From NCBI GenBank assembly GCA_963805855.1, contig CAWDVW010000007.1, positions 640,001-704,000 on the forward strand: a stretch of 64,000 nucleotides of DNA. Direction: 5' to 3'. Of the stretch, positions 9,178 through 20,134 are shown piece after piece. Under the pieces are notes generated by a model. The model worked only from the letters and a program-made list of their open reading frames with translations. It was not told the origin of the DNA and ran no database searches. The DNA is from Candidatus Dadabacteria bacterium (GTDB lineage: Bacteria > Desulfobacterota_D > UBA1144 > Nemesobacterales > CSP1-2). Numbering within the stretch: the stretch's first letter is position 1; each line of letters starts with the position of its first letter. A program made the translations under genes and the position numbers.

Positions 9178-10307
9178 TAGAGCGCGAGTTCGGTGAACTT
9201 GCCCTGAACATGGGTCCTCAGCACCCTTCGACCCATGGTGTTTTCAGGATGAAATTGCACCTTAGGGGAGAAACCGTTGTAAATGTCGTCCCGGATATAG
9301 GTTACCTTCATCGTGGTGTGGAAAAGCTCTCGGAGACACTTGATTATGACATGCTACCACCTGTCTACGAAAGGGACGACTATCTTTGCCCCACCGCCAA
9401 TTCTCTTGCCTTTGTACTCGCCGTTGAAAAGCTCGCAAGCATAGAAGTTCCGAGGCGCGCAAGCTATCTTAGAGTCATAACGGCTGAGCTGCAGAGGATA
9501 GCGTCACACCTGGTAGCTATAGGCACATTCGGCCTCGATTTAGGGGGGTCAATGGGCGGAGGTACCACGCTATTTCTATACTGCTTCAGGGATAGGGAAA
9601 AGGTTCTCGACCTGATGGAGTCCTTAACGGGCACGAGGTTCCATACAAACATGAATCAAATCGGGGGGGTGAGGTACGACTTATATCCGGATTTTGCGAA
9701 GGAGGTTATGGAGCTAAAACAATATCTGGAAAAACTTGTAGACGACTACAGATCTATGCTTGAGACCAACCCCATCTTCCTCGAGCGTACCAGGAACGTT
9801 GGTATAGTCACGCAGGAACTGGCAAAAGAGTTTGGTGCCAGCGGTCCTGTGATCAGGGCGACCGGGATACCATACGACATCAGAAGAAGCAAGCCATACT
9901 CAGCCTACGGCGAATTTGAATTTAATATTCCGCTTGGAACCATTGGCGATGTCTTCGACAGATACCTCGTAAGGATACTCGAAATTTCCGAATCGTTGTC
10001 GATTGTTTCTCAAGCCCTGGAAGGCCTTCCCGAAGGACCAGTCAATTCCAGAAAACCACTTAAGAGCGCCCTTCTCTTGAAGCCACCAAAAGGGGCAGAG
10101 GCATACGGCGCCGTTGAATCACCCCGTGGCGAGCTCGGCGTTTTCGTCGTATCCGACGGGACTTCGAAGCCTTACAGGTTAAAACTACGCTCACCATCAT
10201 TCTCTAATCTCGCCCTTATTTCGGAGATTCTACCCGGCAACCTGGTGGCGGATGCAGTGGCTATCCTTGGCTCCTTAGATCCCGTATTTGGAGACGTAGA
10301 CAGATGA
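9150..10307 (+). CDS. nuoD: NADH-quinone oxidoreductase subunit D
   Basis: [22 protein letters not shown] end; probable TTG start at 9150 after AAGGAG. Confidence 0.95.
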   Translation: MEGNVEERIIEREFGELALNMGPQHPSTHGVFRMKLHLRGETVVNVVPDIGYLHRGVEKLSETLDYDMLPPVYERDDYLCPTANSLAFVLAVEKLASIEVPRRASYLRVITAELQRIASHLVAIGTFGLDLGGSMGGGTTLFLYCFRDREKVLDLMESLTGTRFHTNMNQIGGVRYDLYPDFAKEVMELKQYLEKLVDDYRSMLETNPIFLERTRNVGIVTQELAKEFGASGPVIRATGIPYDIRRSKPYSAYGEFEFNIPLGTIGDVFDRYLVRILEISESLSIVSQALEGLPEGPVNSRKPLKSALLLKPPKGAEAYGAVESPRGELGVFVVSDGTSKPYRLKLRSPSFSNLALISEILPGNLVADAVAILGSLDPVFGDVDR

Positions 10308-11272
10308 TTTTCATAATGGGATTTCTCGAGAGTGCAATTTTACTAGGTGCTGTAATCGGTATTGTAGCATATCTAACCTGGCTTGAGAGAAAGTTTAGCG
10401 GGCGCATGCAGTCTCGCATCGGCCCTTATCTGGTTGGCCGACCCCACGGCTGGCTTCAGCCAATTGCAGACGGTCTAAAATTGATTTCGAAAGAAGACAT
10501 CGTACCCGCAAAGGCAGACGGGCTACTATTTAACTTTGCACCGGCATGGATCCTGGTCGTCAGCCTTCTGGGTTTCGCTTTTCTCCCGATCACAGCAAAT
10601 TGGGTACTGGTAAATATGGATCTCGGACTTCTATACTTTACGGCTTTCGGCTCGCTTATAGTGATCGGAGTATTTACCTCTGGTTGGGCATCGAATAATA
10701 AATATGCATTGCTTTCATCCCTGAGGTCAGCGGCACAGATAGTAGCGTATGAAGTGCCCTTACTATTCTCACTCCTGGTTCCAGCCATACTTGCGGGGTC
10801 GCTTGATTTTATGGATATAATTCGGGCTCAAAAGGGTTACTGGTTCATTACCTTTCCAGTTATTGGACAGATATCATTCCTGATCTTCCTCCTAGCGTCG
10901 CTTGCAGAGAGCAACCGCATGCCATTTGATCTGTCGGAGGCGGAGTCTGAACTCGTTGCAGGTTTCAGCATAGAATATTCGGGCATGAAATTTGCATACT
11001 TTTATTTGGGTGAATATGTTCATCTTCTGGCTGTGTCGCTGCTCGTGAGCATACTCTTCTTCGGCGGTCCCCTAGGCCCTATTCTTCCGGGTGGAGTATG
11101 GATAACGATTAAAACCATGGCTGTTTTTCTTGGTATCTTATGGATAAGGTGGAGTTTCTTAAGGGTTAGAATCGATCAGCTGATGATGTTTAACTGGAAG
11201 ATTCTCACACCCGTAAGCTTTATAGTACTTCTCTTGGCGGGTTTATGGGTAAGTCTGAAGGCGGGTATGTGA
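10304..11272 (+). CDS. nuoH: NADH-quinone oxidoreductase subunit H
   Basis: ERK..QSRIGP, QPIADGLK, PFDLSEAESELVAG. Confidence 0.96.
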   Translation: MIFIMGFLESAILLGAVIGIVAYLTWLERKFSGRMQSRIGPYLVGRPHGWLQPIADGLKLISKEDIVPAKADGLLFNFAPAWILVVSLLGFAFLPITANWVLVNMDLGLLYFTAFGSLIVIGVFTSGWASNNKYALLSSLRSAAQIVAYEVPLLFSLLVPAILAGSLDFMDIIRAQKGYWFITFPVIGQISFLIFLLASLAESNRMPFDLSEAESELVAGFSIEYSGMKFAYFYLGEYVHLLAVSLLVSILFFGGPLGPILPGGVWITIKTMAVFLGILWIRWSFLRVRIDQLMMFNWKILTPVSFIVLLLAGLWVSLKAGM

Positions 11273-11276
11273 AATA

Positions 11277-11786
11277 ATGGCAAAGAAAGTAAGCAAGATC
11301 AGATTAGTTGAGGCCATAATATTCTCATTATGGATAACGCTCAAAAACCTCTTTAAAAGGCCTGTTACTGTACAATATCCCATCGAAAGGAGACCCATTC
11401 CCGAACGATGGAGAGCAGGGACATTCGCCTTAACCACTGATAAGGAAACAGGAGAAGAAAATTGTATCGGGTGCAAGCTTTGTGAGAGAATTTGCCCATC
11501 AGACATTATTATCGTTGAATTGGAAAAGCATAGTGGCAGGGGATGGGCAAAGAGCTTTGTATTAGACCTCCAAGCCTGTATCCAATGTGAATTGTGTGTT
11601 CAGGTTTGCCCAACAGATGCAATAGTAATGCTTCGCGGAATGGCTACCCCGGTTGCGAGACGAGAGGATTTTATACTTGACAAAAAGAAGCTAATGGAAA
11701 ATGAAGAATTATTCGAAGCGGCATGGGCGACCGGGATAAAATTACAAAAATTACACGAACCCCAGAAAGCCGGGGAGAAATCCTGA
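11277..11786 (+). CDS. nuoI: NADH-quinone oxidoreductase subunit I
   Basis: Two CxxCxxCxxxCP motifs; TVQYP. Confidence 0.95.
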   Translation: MAKKVSKIRLVEAIIFSLWITLKNLFKRPVTVQYPIERRPIPERWRAGTFALTTDKETGEENCIGCKLCERICPSDIIIVELEKHSGRGWAKSFVLDLQACIQCELCVQVCPTDAIVMLRGMATPVARREDFILDKKKLMENEELFEAAWATGIKLQKLHEPQKAGEKS

Positions 11787-11801
11787 AATGAGAACAGATT
11801 C

Positions 11802-11836
11802 GATGCAGGATGCATGATGTACGATGCAGGGTGCAG
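11802..11836 (+). repeat. Five degenerate 7-mer tandem repeats (GATGCAG)
   Basis: gatgcag gatgcat gatgtac gatgcag ggtgcag. Confidence 0.8.
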
Positions 11837-11903
11837 GTTAGTGATTAGGAAATAATCCCTCATTGAAGATTTAACGTAGAATAAGGAGGATGGATTCGAC
11901 TTA

Positions 11904-12428
11904 ATGCAAGGGCAAACCATAATCTATTTAATACTTGCTCTGGGCTTATTAGTTTCTTCCATAGCATCTGTGTGCTCGAGACGTATCCTGAGGAGCGCCA
12001 TATTTCTGGCGGTAGCCCTAATATTCACGGCCTTCCTTTACCTTTTGCTTGGTGCCGAACTATTAGCAGGAATCCAAATCCTTCTATATGTAGGCGGAGT
12101 GATAACATTGATAATCTTCGCGTTGCTCATATCTGAAAAATTGGGTAGCGACCAATCAGAAGCAACGCATCGTAATATTATTCCTGCGGCAATCGCGTCG
12201 ACTGTACTGTTTCTCATCCTTCTCTTCTTCACATACACGTCGCGTAGGATCAGTGAGTTGGCAACCTCAAGTCCAATGGGTGAATTTGGTGCTTCAGGAG
12301 AGCTTTCGGAATTAATTTTTAGAGATTGGGTTCTTCCTCTGGAGGTGCTATCGCTACTCTTGCTTGCAGCAATAATTGGGGCATTGGTTATTGCGCGTCG
12401 AGAACATAAACAGGAAGGCGAACAATAA
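11904..12428 (+). CDS. nuoJ: NADH-quinone oxidoreductase subunit J
   Basis: QILLYVGGV, LEVLSLLLLAAIIGA. Confidence 0.93.
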   Translation: MQGQTIIYLILALGLLVSSIASVCSRRILRSAIFLAVALIFTAFLYLLLGAELLAGIQILLYVGGVITLIIFALLISEKLGSDQSEATHRNIIPAAIASTVLFLILLFFTYTSRRISELATSSPMGEFGASGELSELIFRDWVLPLEVLSLLLLAAIIGALVIARREHKQEGEQ

Positions 12429-12430
12429 CC

Positions 12431-12730
12431 ATGACGATCTATCACATATTGTTTCTGTCATATCTTGTTTTTTCTATTGGTCTCTTTGGCGTGCTTAGTA
12501 GAAGGCATGTTGTTGGAATACTCATTGGTATTGAACTGATGTTCAATGCCGCAAACCTTGCCATTGTCGGTATTGCATGGACTATGCAGGTATTAACCGG
12601 TCAAATAATTGCACTGTTTGGAATAGCTATAACCGCTGCCGAGATAGCAGTTGGACTGGCGCTTTTCCTGCTCGCCGAGCGCCTCAGTAAAACTGTTTAT
12701 GCAGACAAGATTGACTTGATGAAAGGATAA
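12431..12730 (+). CDS. nuoK: NADH-quinone oxidoreductase subunit K
   Basis: IELMFNAAN, AAEIAVGLA. Confidence 0.95.
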   Translation: MTIYHILFLSYLVFSIGLFGVLSRRHVVGILIGIELMFNAANLAIVGIAWTMQVLTGQIIALFGIAITAAEIAVGLALFLLAERLSKTVYADKIDLMKG

Positions 12731-12734
12731 TAAA

Positions 12735-14654
12735 ATGCCATCTCAGCCACAAATTCTGTTATGTTTAGTTCTTCTCCCTCCGTTCGTCTCGTTTGCGCTC
12801 AACGCATTAATCCCTCCGTTGAGGAAGAATAGAAATGCATCTTCGGGCCTGAGCATCATTGCGGTACTCATCTCTACGCTTGCCTCTGTGGTCTTGCTCA
12901 AGATTAATCCGAGGGCTGAGTTTATATTCGAATGGATCCCATTAAATATCTTTTCAAAAATTGAATTCGGCTTCTTTACCGATCCCGTTGTATTAATAAT
13001 GTTCTTTATTGTTTCCCTCGTTTCTCTCGTCGTACAGGTATATTCGCTTGGCTACATGAGTGAAGAATCTCCCCCAAGCCTTGGCAGGTACTACACCTTC
13101 CATTCCCTTTTCGCATTCTCGATGCTCGGGTTCGTGGCTTCTTTAAACCTCCTACAAATTTATATCTTCTGGGAACTGGTCGGGCTTTGCTCATACCTTC
13201 TCATAGGGTTCTGGTACACTAGACCAGAAGCCTCAAGGGCAGCTGTAAAGGCCTTCTGGGTCACCAGGTTCGGGGACGTTGGGTTTGCTATTGGCATGGT
13301 ACTCTTATGGGGAGCTACGGGCACCTTCTTGCTCCCAGAGCTCTTTGCAAAAGCACCGGACGTGTCAAAGCAATTAATTACGGTATGCATGTTCCTAATT
13401 CTTTTTGGAGCCATGGGGAAAAGCGCTCAGTTCCCGCTTCACGTATGGCTTCCCGACGCCATGGAGGGACCAACTCCTGTGTCAGCCCTTATTCACGCTG
13501 CAACCATGGTTGTGGCCGGTATTTATCTAGTGCTTCGCCTCTTTCCTCTTTTCGAATTGACACCAGATGTTCTAGTTTTCGCCTTATGGATAGGATCGAT
13601 AACCTCTCTGCTGGGTGCGAGTCTTGCTCTTGTTCAGAATGATATTAAACGCATTTTAGCATATTCTACGGTTTCGCAAATTGGCTATATGTTTGCTGCC
13701 CTTGGAGCCGGGGCGCAGGGTATCTCGTTCTTTCATCTGTTTACACACGCCTTCTTCAAGTCCCTGCTTTTCCTTGGCGCGGGATGCATAATTCACGCAC
13801 TCCATACTAATAACATATGGGAAATGGGCAAGTTGGGTAAAAGGATGCCACACATAGCCATTTTATTTCTCATAGGCTCATTGTCCCTGTCTGGGATATT
13901 TCCATTCTCGGGCCATTTTTCAAAAGATGAAATACTTATGTGGATGCATGTAAAGGGCTTAGATATACACTTCTTGATACTTCTTATAACGGCCTTCCTC
14001 ACTGCCTTTTATATGTTTCGTGCCTTTTTTGTTGTATTTTTCGGCGATAGGGAATCCTCAGCAACAAAGATCCGCAAAACACCATGGATAATGAGCCTTC
14101 CCATGTGGATTCTTGCGATTCTAACGGTGTTCGCAGGTTTTGGAGCATCGAAGTTCTTTGGTTTCTTGGGTTACAGGCTCGAGCAATACCATACCCGCCT
14201 TGAATATCTCCCCCTCATAGCTTCAATATCGGGGATTGCTTTGGCGTGGTCCTTTTATCAGGTGGGTTATCTTAGCCCCGCCCGCACCTACAGCCAACTA
14301 TCACCCTTTGCATTGGCGTTGGAAAGAAAATTTTGGATAGATGACATCTACATGTGGATCTATCGAAACATTTTAGATGGACTATCGAGTCTATGCGGAT
14401 GGTTCGACCGGTATATTGTAGATGGTTTTGTGAACCTTATAGCATATTCTACCAAATTGACCTCACAAAGATTAAGGACAATTCAGACAGGGCGTGCTCA
14501 AGATTATCTTTATGGGATTATAATAGCGATCATTTTGTTTTTCGCTTTGTCCTTAATGACACCGCACATTGGGAAAACACTTACCGATAAACAGGGTTAC
14601 AACGAAACTCAAAGACCGACCATAATAAAAGGATGGGGACAATATGACGACTGA
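12735..14654 (+). CDS. nuoL: NADH-quinone oxidoreductase subunit L
   Basis: KSAQFPLHVWLPDAMEGPTPVSALIHAATMV. Confidence 0.97.
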   Translation: MPSQPQILLCLVLLPPFVSFALNALIPPLRKNRNASSGLSIIAVLISTLASVVLLKINPRAEFIFEWIPLNIFSKIEFGFFTDPVVLIMFFIVSLVSLVVQVYSLGYMSEESPPSLGRYYTFHSLFAFSMLGFVASLNLLQIYIFWELVGLCSYLLIGFWYTRPEASRAAVKAFWVTRFGDVGFAIGMVLLWGATGTFLLPELFAKAPDVSKQLITVCMFLILFGAMGKSAQFPLHVWLPDAMEGPTPVSALIHAATMVVAGIYLVLRLFPLFELTPDVLVFALWIGSITSLLGASLALVQNDIKRILAYSTVSQIGYMFAALGAGAQGISFFHLFTHAFFKSLLFLGAGCIIHALHTNNIWEMGKLGKRMPHIAILFLIGSLSLSGIFPFSGHFSKDEILMWMHVKGLDIHFLILLITAFLTAFYMFRAFFVVFFGDRESSATKIRKTPWIMSLPMWILAILTVFAGFGASKFFGFLGYRLEQYHTRLEYLPLIASISGIALAWSFYQVGYLSPARTYSQLSPFALALERKFWIDDIYMWIYRNILDGLSSLCGWFDRYIVDGFVNLIAYSTKLTSQRLRTIQTGRAQDYLYGIIIAIILFFALSLMTPHIGKTLTDKQGYNETQRPTIIKGWGQYDD

Positions 14655-16173
14655 ATCCTTTCCGATATTGTCGATTATAGTGCTCTCCCCGCTAATCGGG
14701 GCCATCATCCTGATCTTTCTGCCCGATAGGTTTCAACTTGGCGTAAGGCTGACCACTCTTTTCTTTTCATCTATCTCTCTTCTGGCATGCCTATTTATCT
14801 TCATGACTTACAATAAAGCTATGGGCGGATTTCAATTCATCGAGCAGATCCCTATAGTGCCAAGCATCGGTTTTTCATACTATCTGGCCGTAGACGGGAT
14901 CAGTCTGTCTCTGGTCCTCCTAACTTCTATAATCCTGATAACCGGATTTTTCGCTTCCTGGAATTTACCTATGAGGAGCAAAGAATTTTATATACTATTG
15001 CTGCTCCTTGCCACCGGGGTTTTTGGCGTATTCGTATCATTCAACCTGCTCTTATTTTTTCTCTTTTATGAGCTAGCGGTACTCCCCATGTATTTGTTGA
15101 TCGGGATTTGGGGAACCTCCGCCAAGGTGATTCCGAAGGGTATTTTCGCAAACGCTATTAGAATGACTGGGTTGGGAAGCAAGGAATACGGCGCAATGAA
15201 GCTTACGCTTTATCTTCTCTTAGGCTCCGCTTTTATACTTGTTGGATTTTTTGGGCTATATATTTTCTCAGGGTTCCAAACATTCAACTACACCGCATTG
15301 ACGGACTTCGGTTTCAGTAAGGCTACACAGAATTGGCTACTGATCCTATTCTATATCGGATTTGGAACGCTTGCAGGGGTATGGCCCATTCATACCTGGT
15401 CCCCGGATGGACATGCGGCCGCACCTACAGCTGTATCGATGATGCACGCAGGAGTGCTCATGAAGCTGGGTGCTTACGGGATAATCCGCATAGGAATGGG
15501 ATTACTCCCTGACGCCGCGGTAACGTTTGCTCCATTGATAGGAACGATAGCAGTGATAAACATTGTCTACGGCGCCTTCGGAGCAATGTGGCAAAGAGAC
15601 CTCAAATATGTCGTCGCATACTCGTCCGTATCCCACATGGGCATAGTATTACTTGGTGCGGCAACCCTGAATGAAATGGGTCTAAATGGATCTATCTTTC
15701 AAATGTTCTCGCACGGAATCATGACGGGACTTTTGTTTGCGCTCGTTGGGCTGATCTATGAAAAAGCTCATAGCAGAGAAATCTTAAAGATGGGGGGATT
15801 TGCAAGGGCCATGCCTGGAATTGCCACTTTCTTTTTAATTGGCGCATTAACCTCATTGGGATTGCCTGGTCTGAGCGGCTTCGTCGCCGAGATACTCGTA
15901 TTTTTGGGAGCCTGGAAGTCTATATACTCGTGGTGGCTCGTTCCGGCCGTGCTGGGTGCTTTCATCACTGCGGTGTATGTCTTGAGGGTTTCGAAGTGGA
16001 TATTCTTCGGACCCGCAAAGGAAATTGGATCACTTAAAGATGCAGTTGGCTTTGAGTGGATTGCTCCGACGGTTCTTTCGGGGATCCTTATATTACTCGG
16101 GATATATCCCAAACTGCTTTTGGATCCGATAAATAAGAGCATTATAGAGTTTCTAGATATTTTTGCGAAGTAA
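14644..16173 (+). CDS. nuoM: NADH-quinone oxidoreductase subunit M
   Basis: HTWSPDGH, MKLGAYG, AYSSVSHMG. Confidence 0.95.
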   Translation: MTTESFPILSIIVLSPLIGAIILIFLPDRFQLGVRLTTLFFSSISLLACLFIFMTYNKAMGGFQFIEQIPIVPSIGFSYYLAVDGISLSLVLLTSIILITGFFASWNLPMRSKEFYILLLLLATGVFGVFVSFNLLLFFLFYELAVLPMYLLIGIWGTSAKVIPKGIFANAIRMTGLGSKEYGAMKLTLYLLLGSAFILVGFFGLYIFSGFQTFNYTALTDFGFSKATQNWLLILFYIGFGTLAGVWPIHTWSPDGHAAAPTAVSMMHAGVLMKLGAYGIIRIGMGLLPDAAVTFAPLIGTIAVINIVYGAFGAMWQRDLKYVVAYSSVSHMGIVLLGAATLNEMGLNGSIFQMFSHGIMTGLLFALVGLIYEKAHSREILKMGGFARAMPGIATFFLIGALTSLGLPGLSGFVAEILVFLGAWKSIYSWWLVPAVLGAFITAVYVLRVSKWIFFGPAKEIGSLKDAVGFEWIAPTVLSGILILLGIYPKLLLDPINKSIIEFLDIFAK

Positions 16174-16192
16174 AAATATAGGGGTGGCGTAC

Positions 16193-17668
16193 ATGTTTAA
16201 ACCATTGTTTTTGGAATCTATTCTAATTGTTGGAATCCTATTAATCTTTTTTTTGGACCTGTTCTTACCAAGGAACCGGAAGATAATTCTGGGTATTTCA
16301 ACACTCATCTTATTAGTAATCGCATTCATACTTAGCCTTTCACTAGACCTTCAAGGGACAATCCTGTCACAAACCTTTGTTAATGATTCGTTTGCCATAA
16401 CCCTAAAACAGATCTTTCTTATCTCAACGATTATAGCGATCTTGGGTTCAATTGACCATGTTTCAAAATCACAAATGGGAAGAGAGGGTGAATATTTTCT
16501 GCTTCTGTTATTTTCCCTTGTCGGCATGATGGTAGTCGTTTCTTCAAGGGAGCTTCTCTTGTTATTTGTAGGGTTCGAGCTGATGAGTATCCCGCTGTAC
16601 GTGCTCTCTGGTTTTTCAAAAGAAAACCCTAGGAGCGCAGAGGGAGCAATAAAGATCTTTTTATTTGGAACCGTATCATCTGCCGTGTTACTGTTGGGAA
16701 TTGGTATTTTCTATGCACTCACCGGAACCACATCTTGGTCTACCCTGGGCTCGTCTATGGTCATTGAAGATTCGCTGGGATCGCTTGCCCTGATACTTCT
16801 ATTTTCTGGCTTTGGTTTCAAGATAGCCGCATTCCCCTTCCAGTTCTGGGTTCCTGATACATATGAAGGCTCCCCGACCCCTTTTGTCGCATTTCTTTCA
16901 GTTGCACCAAAGATCGCAGGATTCGGAATACTCTTTCGCTTCTTATTCGAAGCTCTTGATCCCCTTTCCCACAGCTGGACCATGTACGCATTCTGGCTTG
17001 CTGCTTTCACCATGATAATAGGAAATATGCTCGCGCTTCCTCAAAAAAATATAAAACGGCTGCTAGCGTACTCAGGCATCGCTCATATCGGGTATATACT
17101 GTTGGGATTAGCCACTGGGACATTGCTCGGTCTCGAAATGAGCGTTTTCTATTTTGTATCGTACCTCTTTGCAAACATGGGCGCCTTCCTCGTGGTTGAG
17201 GTAGTAAATCGATTCGAAGGAAATGACGAAATTGATTCCTTTAAAAACCTTTCTGGTCGTTCACCCTTTTTATCTCTCGCAATGCTAATATTTTTACTTT
17301 CACTTGGAGGAATTCCTTTCGTCGTAGGTTTCTGGGCAAAGCTATACATATTCTTGGCTGCAGCTAGGGCAGGCTACTTAACCCTCGTATTTTTGGGTGC
17401 CCTCATGACCGTTATAGCACTCTTCTACTATCTGAACATCGCTAGGAAGATGTACATAGATGAAGGTCACGCAAAGATTAACGCAACTATACCAATACCA
17501 ATTAATTTGTTGGTAAGCATTGGTATCTGTGTGGTTTTTGTGGTGTTACTTGGTTTATTTCCTCAAGGGGTTGTTCTGTTCTCAAAAAAAGCTCTATCTT
17601 CTTTCGCCAGTTCAGGCAATATAATCGACCAGACCCTCCGTCACGTCCTTTCGTCTACTGGTATGTAA
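16193..17668 (+). CDS. nuoN: NADH-quinone oxidoreductase subunit N
   Basis: FKIAAFPFQFWVPDTYEGSP, KRLLAYSGIAH; ATG at 16193 preferred; 3' end overlaps gltA by 28 bp. Confidence 0.95.
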   Translation: MFKPLFLESILIVGILLIFFLDLFLPRNRKIILGISTLILLVIAFILSLSLDLQGTILSQTFVNDSFAITLKQIFLISTIIAILGSIDHVSKSQMGREGEYFLLLLFSLVGMMVVVSSRELLLLFVGFELMSIPLYVLSGFSKENPRSAEGAIKIFLFGTVSSAVLLLGIGIFYALTGTTSWSTLGSSMVIEDSLGSLALILLFSGFGFKIAAFPFQFWVPDTYEGSPTPFVAFLSVAPKIAGFGILFRFLFEALDPLSHSWTMYAFWLAAFTMIIGNMLALPQKNIKRLLAYSGIAHIGYILLGLATGTLLGLEMSVFYFVSYLFANMGAFLVVEVVNRFEGNDEIDSFKNLSGRSPFLSLAMLIFLLSLGGIPFVVGFWAKLYIFLAAARAGYLTLVFLGALMTVIALFYYLNIARKMYIDEGHAKINATIPIPINLLVSIGICVVFVVLLGLFPQGVVLFSKKALSSFASSGNIIDQTLRHVLSSTGM

Positions 17669-18930
17669 TCCCTTCTCGCACTGCCCAGATAGATCTGCCG
17701 AGGTCTTGAAATCTTTCTATCTTCATCCTGGAGCATCTCCTTCCACTGAGCCAACCAGCCTGATGTACGTGCTATTGCGAATAGAACTGTAAACATGCTG
17801 GTTGGAAGTCCCATGCTCTGATATATCAAACCAGAATAGAAATCAACATTTGGATAGAGCTTTCGTTTCACAAAATATTCGTCTTCAAGGGCTATTCTTT
17901 CCAACTCCAATGCGATGTCAAGTAATGGATTCTTACCGGTAACTTCAAAAACCTCATGGGCTATCTGTTTGATTATTCTCGCTCTCGGATCATAGGACTT
18001 GTAAATCCGATGCCCAAACCCCATTAATCTGAACTCACCTTCTTTGGCCCTTTTTATGTATTGTGGAATTTTATCCTTAGATCCTATTTCCTGCAGCATA
18101 CTGAGAACTTCCTCATTGGCACCACCATGCAGGGGCCCATAGAGTGCAGCGATCGCGGCCGCCGTAGATGAGTAAGGATCCGGAAGCGAGCTCCCTACGC
18201 CTCGCATGGCACTTGCACTACAGTTCTGTTCATGATCGGCATGGAGAATAAACAATATATCTATGGCCTTCTCTATCACGGGATTCGGCTTATATTTTGT
18301 TTCAGTCATCTTAAACATCATATTCAAAAAATTGCCCGTATAACTGAGGTCGTTGTCTGGATACACGTATGGTTGACCTACCGTGTGTCTATATGAGAAT
18401 GCAGCAATCGTAGGCATCTTTGCTATTAATCGGTGAAGCTGGATCTCCCTCAATTTGGGATCGAATATTTCTTTTGCCTCAGGATAAAAGGTTGATAATG
18501 CACCAACCGTTCCCAAGAGCATTCCCATAGGATGTGCGTCGTAGCGGAAACCATCCATGAATTTCTTTATGTTCTCATGTATGAATGTGTGATGGGTTAT
18601 GTTATAGACCCACTCTTCGTATTCTGACGCCGTAGGAAGCTCTCCGTAAAGAAGCAAATATGCAACCTCCAAATAATTGCTTTTTTCCGCCAGTTGCTCA
18701 ATCGGATAGCCACGATATGATAGAATTCCTCTATCTCCGTCAATGAAGGTTATGGTGCTCTTACAAGAAGCAGTATTGCTAAAGGCCGGATCGTAACTCA
18801 TCATGCCGAAATCCCCCTCCGAAACCTTTATTTGGCGAAGATCGATTGCCCGAATAGTATCGTGTTCGACGGGAATCTCGTAGGTTTGACCCGTCCTGTT
18901 ATCGGTGATAGTTAGAGTATCTTTTGACAC
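17641..18930 (-). CDS. gltA: Citrate synthase
   Basis: HADHEQN, GPLHGGAN, GFGHR, YPNVDFYSG. Confidence 0.97.
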   Translation of the reverse strand: MSKDTLTITDNRTGQTYEIPVEHDTIRAIDLRQIKVSEGDFGMMSYDPAFSNTASCKSTITFIDGDRGILSYRGYPIEQLAEKSNYLEVAYLLLYGELPTASEYEEWVYNITHHTFIHENIKKFMDGFRYDAHPMGMLLGTVGALSTFYPEAKEIFDPKLREIQLHRLIAKMPTIAAFSYRHTVGQPYVYPDNDLSYTGNFLNMMFKMTETKYKPNPVIEKAIDILFILHADHEQNCSASAMRGVGSSLPDPYSSTAAAIAALYGPLHGGANEEVLSMLQEIGSKDKIPQYIKRAKEGEFRLMGFGHRIYKSYDPRARIIKQIAHEVFEVTGKNPLLDIALELERIALEDEYFVKRKLYPNVDFYSGLIYQSMGLPTSMFTVLFAIARTSGWLAQWKEMLQDEDRKISRPRQIYLGSARRDYIPVDERT

Positions 18931-19118
18931 TTGCCTTCCTCCTTCTGAAGCACGAATTATTAACGCAAATCACATAGCGACTGACTCAACACTCATGCCG
19001 TCACAAAAATTGATGTGAATACTCCCGACTAATAAACCAAAACAAAATACCTAAAATTATTGAATTTTCAATCCTTCCTAAAAACTAAAGTCTATCCAGT
19101 TATCAATCGCTCAAGCCA

Positions 19119-20018
19119 CTATATCCTTATTGGCATAGGAGTAAAACACCCAATGAATATAAACAACGCTACCAGGCTGAGGAACTTTCTCTTTCCATCA
19201 AGCTGAATATCGTCGTACATTGTCGGAGGATGCCGGGTCCCCATAAACGTCAGAAGAACGGCCCACATTAACCATCCTGCCCATCCCTCGAAGTTAAGAA
19301 TATCTTTGTAGCTATAAAGAGCAGTTCCCTCTAAATAAGACTGAATATGTTGAATTATGGGCTGCGTACCCAAACCAAATAAAAGAAGAACCAGGATAAT
19401 CATAATGGAGGTCCGCTGGTGCCACTTTTTCGAAAAAATGGAATACATGATGTGTCCACCGTCAAGCTGTCCGGCAGGTATTAAATTAAGAGCCGTTACA
19501 AAAAGACCGATCCACCCGGCAAAGGCCACTGGATGAAGAAGCAGATCATAACCATCCGGAATTTTGCCAATTATGCTGTCTGAAATTAAAGAGAATATCA
19601 GAGGAGATCCAAGCGTTAGTCCTTTGTCCAACGAGTTGCTCCCTGATTCAACCACGCTTGATAGTTTTATACCGACAATGATAACGGGGATGGCCGCGAT
19701 TATTCCAGCGATTGGTCCGGCTATCCCAATGTCAAACAGCGCTCTTTTTGTTGATATAGGGGATTTAATCTTTATAAAGGCACCAAATGTTCCGATGGGA
19801 GATACTATGGGCGGAGCAGGAATGAAATAAGGCGGTGTAATGTTAACTCCATATTTCCTTCCATACAAAAAGTGTCCCATCTCATGTGTACCAAGAATGA
19901 AAATAAGGGCTGCAGAAAACGATATCCCGCTGGATATACTCCCACCCTGAAAGAATCCCGAAATGAAAGTCGTGACAAGGGTTGTTAGAAACAATATTAC
20001 ATGGATTCTTTTGATCAT
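19119..20018 (-). CDS. Site-2 protease (M50)
   Basis: HEMGH and NLIPAGQLDGG. Confidence 0.93.
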   Translation of the reverse strand: MIKRIHVILFLTTLVTTFISGFFQGGSISSGISFSAALIFILGTHEMGHFLYGRKYGVNITPPYFIPAPPIVSPIGTFGAFIKIKSPISTKRALFDIGIAGPIAGIIAAIPVIIVGIKLSSVVESGSNSLDKGLTLGSPLIFSLISDSIIGKIPDGYDLLLHPVAFAGWIGLFVTALNLIPAGQLDGGHIMYSIFSKKWHQRTSIMIILVLLLFGLGTQPIIQHIQSYLEGTALYSYKDILNFEGWAGWLMWAVLLTFMGTRHPPTMYDDIQLDGKRKFLSLVALFIFIGCFTPMPIRI

Positions 20019-20134
20019 AGTTCTATTTCAAAAAGTGATTAAGGCTTGAGGAGTTATTGGCCGTAAATATAACTAAATCAATTTAGAGTTTAAAGATATA
20101 CCCTGCGTAATATGAACCTGTTGAATAGAGACTA

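Noticed and set aside
8143-10307. Group 4 NiFe hydrogenase
   Set aside because: The large subunit lacks both CxxC motifs and ends in GDVDR like NuoD
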